A DNA stretch of 64,000 bases from Candidatus Omnitrophota bacterium (GTDB taxonomy: Bacteria; Omnitrophota; Gorgyraeia; Gygaellales; Profunditerraquicolaceae), in assembly GCA_041651115.1 (NCBI GenBank), contig JBAZJY010000002.1:414855-478854 (forward strand). Reading direction: 5' to 3'. Below are positions 58,715 through 64,000 of this stretch, piece after piece (the stretch's first letter is position 1; each line of letters opens with the position of its first letter). The notes under the pieces were generated by a model. That model was not told where the DNA came from. It worked only from the letters and a program-made list of their open reading frames with translations, and made no database searches. The position numbers and the translations under genes were made by a program.

Positions 58715-59986
<1,272 letters not shown>

Positions 59987-60050
59987 GAATATCGGTTGTG
60001 TTATATTAAAATCTCGACTTTTCTTAAAATAAGAAAGAAGGAGGTAACAG

Positions 60051-60719
60051 ATGAGACCCAGCGTTTTCTTAAAAATAACCGCGGTTTTATTCTTAACTTT
60101 ATCGATTAGCGGATGCACGGTGATATTCCAGTCCGGCAGGCGCTCGGATGTGGAAAAGATCGAGAAATTGTCTAAGGAACTCGACGAACTGGCGCAGGCA
60201 AAGAAGCTCCTTGAAGAGCGGTTGAGCAAGGAAATAGACGATAAACAGGTAAAACTACAGATGATGGAGAAAGGGCTGGTGATCACTTTTGTAGCCGACG
60301 TCCTGTTTGATTCCGGCAAGGCAAAGGTAAGGCCGGAGGCATATTCGATATTGGACAAAGTCGCCCGCGTGCTGCAGGAAAATGTCCCCGATCTGAACGT
60401 CGGGATTGAAGGCCATACCGACAATGTGCCGATCAAGCATTCCGGATGGAAATCCAATTGGGAACTTTCTACAGCGCGCGCTTTAAGCGTGCTGCATTAT
60501 CTTGTTGATGAGAAAGACGTTTTACCTGAGCGCATCTCGGCGATCGGTTACGGCGAATACCGGCCAGTAGCCTCAAATGACACACTGGAAGGCAGGGCGG
60601 CAAATCGCAGGGTTGAAGTTGTGATCCTGCCGAGGATAGCTAAAGCCAAGGATATGGACCGGCCGCAGGCGAGAAGTAAAAAGACGTCCATGAGAGAACC
60701 CGAGGAAAACCTTAAATAA
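60051..60719 (+). CDS. OmpA/MotB C-terminal-domain lipoprotein with a coiled coil
   Basis: Lipobox LSISGC and the OmpA-like motif NRRVEV. Confidence 0.75.
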   Translation: MRPSVFLKITAVLFLTLSISGCTVIFQSGRRSDVEKIEKLSKELDELAQAKKLLEERLSKEIDDKQVKLQMMEKGLVITFVADVLFDSGKAKVRPEAYSILDKVARVLQENVPDLNVGIEGHTDNVPIKHSGWKSNWELSTARALSVLHYLVDEKDVLPERISAIGYGEYRPVASNDTLEGRAANRRVEVVILPRIAKAKDMDRPQARSKKTSMREPEENLK

Positions 60720-60750
60720 TTAAAGTTTGCTTTACCAAAGGAGCGGGACT

Positions 60751-61146
60751 ATGGAAGAAGGGGCAAAGAATAAACTAATATTGATCCTTGGCGTGCTGAC
60801 TTTGATTTTCTTCATTACTACCGTAGGCTCCTGTGGTAATTATCGTATACAAAAAAATGCCCGCAATAAAGAAATGGCAACGCGGCTGGACCTGGAAGAA
60901 AAGATGGCTAAGTCTGCCCAGGAAAAGGGCGTGAATGAGCAAAAGCTGAATTCTGCCACGCAGGCGCTGGAAGAAGAAAAGACCGCGCATCAGGCGACAA
61001 AAAAATCCCTGCTTCAGGAACAGCTGGTTAACCAGAGCTTAAAAGAGGAGCTGCAAAAGGTCAGTAAATTAAAAGATGCTTTAGAGGAAGACCTTAAAGA
61101 AGCCTTGACCGTTGCCAACGCCGCTAAGGCCAAGCCGAAGAAATGA
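60751..61146 (+). CDS. Small coiled-coil (lipo)protein
   Basis: RBS aaggagcggg; signal with VGSC; heptad-rich K/E/Q sequence. Confidence 0.5.
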   Translation: MEEGAKNKLILILGVLTLIFFITTVGSCGNYRIQKNARNKEMATRLDLEEKMAKSAQEKGVNEQKLNSATQALEEEKTAHQATKKSLLQEQLVNQSLKEELQKVSKLKDALEEDLKEALTVANAAKAKPKK

Positions 61147-61228
61147 GATAGCCGGCCTTAAAAATTTCGCGTTGTTCTTGCGGGGGGATGATTATCCCCC
61201 CCGTATTGTTAAAAGGAGGTGGTTTGCC

Positions 61229-62254
61229 GTGGTAAAAAAACTTATCCGCAAAAAGAAAAGTCCGGCAGCAAAAAGAACAACAACTCCCGTAAAGGCACCG
61301 CGTAAAAACACCAAGAAGGCAGTTGCGAAGGCCAGGCCAGCTGCTAAGGAAGAGAAAAAAGATGTAATGGGCTCTCAGGAAGTATTTGTGGAAAAGACTA
61401 AATTTTATACTCCTGTTTCCGCAAAGCCCGCCCGGACAATGCCGCAGGACCTGCCCGGCAGCTACGGCGAAGACCTGATCATCCTGCAGATCCGCGACCC
61501 CTGGTGGCTGCATACTTACTGGGAAGTAGTGCCCGGCACATGGGATAAGCTCAAGGCAAGGCTGGGCGATGCTTTTTATTCCGCAAAAAAAGTATTAAGG
61601 GTATATGACGTCAGCGATATTATTTTTGACGGCAAGAACGCCCATAGATTTTTTGATATTGAAATACCGCTTGAAGCCAGCAATTGGTATATTGATACCG
61701 GCGGGCCGGGAAGATCATGGTGCGTGGATCTTGGCCTCAGGATGGGCAGTGGCGAATTCATTACTATTGTGCGTTCAAACACCGTGCACACGCCTTTAGA
61801 CGGCCCCTCATGGATCACGGATGAAGAATGGATGGTCCCGGAGGACATGTTCGCCCGGCTTTACGGCATGGGCTTTGGGTTCGGCAAGAGCTCCCCGGGC
61901 AAGGCCTGGCAGGAGCGGATGAAAAAGGCGCTTTTCTCAGGCGTCCTGGCTTCTCCCGGCATAACTTCCGTATCCAGCCCGGGGAAAAAAGCCAAAATGA
62001 GAAAATTCTGGTTTGTCCTGGATTGCGAGCTGATTGTTTACGGAGCTACGGAGCCGGACGCGAAAGTTACCGTGCAGGGCAAAGAGATCAAATTGCGGCC
62101 CGATGGCACGTTCACCCTGCGCTTTGTCCTTCCCGACGGCAAGCAGGTAATACCGGCAAAGGCGGTATCTGCCGACCAGATAGAAGAGCGCACCATAACC
62201 CCGATAGTCAGCAGGGAAACTAAAACTACTAATTTAATCAAAGAAACCGTTTAA
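61229..62254 (+). CDS. DUF4912-like protein with a lysine-rich N-terminal tail
   Basis: GTG start after AAGGAGG. It is adjacent to a GH57 glgB, a recurrent pairing. Family assignment is from memory. Confidence 0.55.
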   Translation: MVKKLIRKKKSPAAKRTTTPVKAPRKNTKKAVAKARPAAKEEKKDVMGSQEVFVEKTKFYTPVSAKPARTMPQDLPGSYGEDLIILQIRDPWWLHTYWEVVPGTWDKLKARLGDAFYSAKKVLRVYDVSDIIFDGKNAHRFFDIEIPLEASNWYIDTGGPGRSWCVDLGLRMGSGEFITIVRSNTVHTPLDGPSWITDEEWMVPEDMFARLYGMGFGFGKSSPGKAWQERMKKALFSGVLASPGITSVSSPGKKAKMRKFWFVLDCELIVYGATEPDAKVTVQGKEIKLRPDGTFTLRFVLPDGKQVIPAKAVSADQIEERTITPIVSRETKTTNLIKETV

Positions 62255-62275
62255 TCCAACACCGGATCCAGATTT

Positions 62276-63856
62276 ATGCATAAAGGCTACTTGTGTTTAG
62301 TGCTGCACGGCCACCTGCCGTATGTCAGGCATCCTGCCCATGAGGATTTCCTGGAAGAAGATTGGCTGTATGAAGCGATAACCGAAACCTATATACCGCT
62401 GATCAACGTTTTTGAGAAGCTGGCTGAGGATGGCGTCAATTTTCGGATCACAATGACGCTTAGCCCTACGCTTATCTCTATGCTTTCCGATCAGCTGCTT
62501 TCCGAGCGTTATTTAAGGCACATTAACCGGTTGATCGAGCTGGCGCATAAAGAAATAGAGCGTACTGCCTGGCAGCCGGAATTTCAGCGGCTGGCAATAA
62601 TGTACCTGAATACCTTTTGCCGGGCGCGCGATACATTTGAAAAATATAAGCGTAACCTCGTAACCGCGTTCAAGAATTTCCAGGATATCGGTAAGCTTGA
62701 GATCATTACCTGCGGCGCCACGCACGGCTACTTCCCCCTGATGGATGTCCGCCGGGAATCGGTACGGGCGCAGGTAAAAGTCGCGGCAAGCCACTACGAG
62801 AAGGCTTTCGGCAGAAGGCCGCGCGGGATCTGGCTTCCGGAATGCGGCTATCAGCCCGGCCACGATGAAATATTAAAAGAGGCCGGGATCCGTTATTTCT
62901 TTTCCGACGCGCACGGCGTATTGCATGGTTCTCCCCGGCCGAAATACGGGATATTTGCTCCGGTCTATTGCCGGGGAACGGGCGTCGCCTGCTTCGGCAG
63001 GGACCTGGAATCTTCCAAACAGGTATGGTCATCTATCGAAGGCTATCCCGGCGATTATAATTACCGGGAATTTTACCGCGACATCGGCTTTGACCTTGAA
63101 TATGATTATATTAAACCCTATATCCATCCCGACGGTATCAGGATCAATACGGGGATCAAATATTACCGGATCACCGGGACAGAGATGCATAAAGAACCCT
63201 ATGTTCCCGAGTGGGCAAGGCAAAGGGCAGCGGACCACGCCGGCAATTTCATGTTCAACCGCCAGAAGCAGGTGGAATACCTTTACGGCCTAATGGGCAA
63301 AAAGCCGCTTATTGTTTCTCCGTATGACGCGGAATTATACGGCCACTGGTGGTATGAAGGCCCGCAGTGGCTGGATTTTCTTTTCCGCAAGCTCGCTTAT
63401 GACCAGGACGACATCCGTATGGTTACGCCTTCGGAATACCTCGAGGAAAATCCCCGCAATCAGGTAGTTACTCCGTCAATGTCCAGCTGGGGATGGAAAG
63501 GCTACAGTGAGATGTGGCTGCAGGGATCAAATGATTGGGTTTACCGCCATTTGCACGCCGCTTCAAAAAGGATGACTGCGTTGGCCAAAGATTATCCTGA
63601 TCGTCAGGGGCTGGAGAGGCGGGCTTTAAATCAGGCGTTAAGAGAGCTGCTCCTTGCCCAAAGCTCTGATTGGGCGTTTATATTAGGCACCGGCACGCAT
63701 GTCAGTTACGCCGTCAAACGTACTAAAGACCATCTGCTGAACTTTAACCGCCTGTACGAAGATATAAGGTCGAATTCCATCGACAGCGATTGGCTTTCCG
63801 GCATTGAGTATACCGATAATATATTTCCGGATATCGATTACAGGGTCCACCAATAA
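62276..63856 (+). CDS. GH57-family 1,4-alpha-glucan branching enzyme
   Basis: YLCLVLHGHLPYVRHP N-terminus, with E and D catalytic-region pattern; 526 aa. Confidence 0.85.
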   Translation: MHKGYLCLVLHGHLPYVRHPAHEDFLEEDWLYEAITETYIPLINVFEKLAEDGVNFRITMTLSPTLISMLSDQLLSERYLRHINRLIELAHKEIERTAWQPEFQRLAIMYLNTFCRARDTFEKYKRNLVTAFKNFQDIGKLEIITCGATHGYFPLMDVRRESVRAQVKVAASHYEKAFGRRPRGIWLPECGYQPGHDEILKEAGIRYFFSDAHGVLHGSPRPKYGIFAPVYCRGTGVACFGRDLESSKQVWSSIEGYPGDYNYREFYRDIGFDLEYDYIKPYIHPDGIRINTGIKYYRITGTEMHKEPYVPEWARQRAADHAGNFMFNRQKQVEYLYGLMGKKPLIVSPYDAELYGHWWYEGPQWLDFLFRKLAYDQDDIRMVTPSEYLEENPRNQVVTPSMSSWGWKGYSEMWLQGSNDWVYRHLHAASKRMTALAKDYPDRQGLERRALNQALRELLLAQSSDWAFILGTGTHVSYAVKRTKDHLLNFNRLYEDIRSNSIDSDWLSGIEYTDNIFPDIDYRVHQ

Positions 63857-63880
63857 CAATTTAAAACTTAAAATTTTTTA

Positions 63881-64000
63881 ATGGCCGAAAAAAACAATCT
63901 TCCCCGTCACGTCGCTTTCATTATGGACGGAAACGGCAGGTGGGCCCAGGAGCGCGGGTTATCGCGCGCCGACGGCCACCGCGCAGGTGTTGATACGGTC
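63881..64000 (+). CDS. uppS: Undecaprenyl-diphosphate synthase (5' part, continues beyond the window)
   Basis: [13 protein letters not shown] motif. Confidence 0.8.
   Translation, partial: MAEKNNLPRHVAFIMDGNGRWAQERGLSRADGHRAGVDTV

Overview
The window is a compact, almost entirely plus-strand bacterial chromosomal segment with about 50% GC, tight gene packing and many 4-bp start/stop overlaps. It reads like a small-genome, diderm candidate-phylum organism, possibly Omnitrophota- or Elusimicrobia-like; that placement is an inference. In order it carries: (a) a purine block: a divergent purF-like paralogue, purF, purM, an SPFH protein, purD and purE; (b) a Bacillus-like ywlC-ywlE-rpiB-glyA synteny in which the YrdC/TsaC and low-molecular-weight phosphatase domains are fused; (c) nucleotide and tRNA genes: dCMP deaminase, nrdR, a BFN nuclease, CCA enzyme and a Dcd-like protein; (d) a macro-NUDIX fusion gene flanked by two different palindromic repeat families, followed by a candidate small RNA, the only large minus-strand gene (a Ski2-like helicase), a hypothetical and a secreted SNase; (e) aroC, spoVG, aroK, dprA, topA and xerC; (f) a long LPS locus from about 26.1 to 50.5 kb: waaA, lpxK, an LpxL-Elm1 fusion, GT4-GT9 and GT9-GT9 fusion heptosyltransferases, a NodB deacetylase, a hopanoid hpnI/hpnJ/hpnK-like triad (GT2 fused to a SAM methyltransferase, a B12 radical-SAM protein, a YdjC deacetylase) followed by an ArnT/PMT-like GT39 membrane transferase, then hldE-kinase, kdsB, kdsA, kdsD, kdsC, lptA/C and lptB; (g) a trigger factor that appears to lack its PPIase domain, clpP, serC-like, serA, a secreted cysteine-rich two-domain protein, an HMGL-like synthase, purA, OmpA-like lipoproteins and a DUF4912-GH57 glgB pair; uppS begins at the window end. 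I found no rRNA, tRNA, CRISPR, IS element or prophage genes. Three families of intergenic palindromic or TIR-bounded repeats (three, two or three, and two copies) and one promoter-plus-terminator-bounded candidate sRNA are the main non-coding structure. The most interesting candidate is the hpnIJK-like triad plus GT39 transferase embedded in the LPS core locus.
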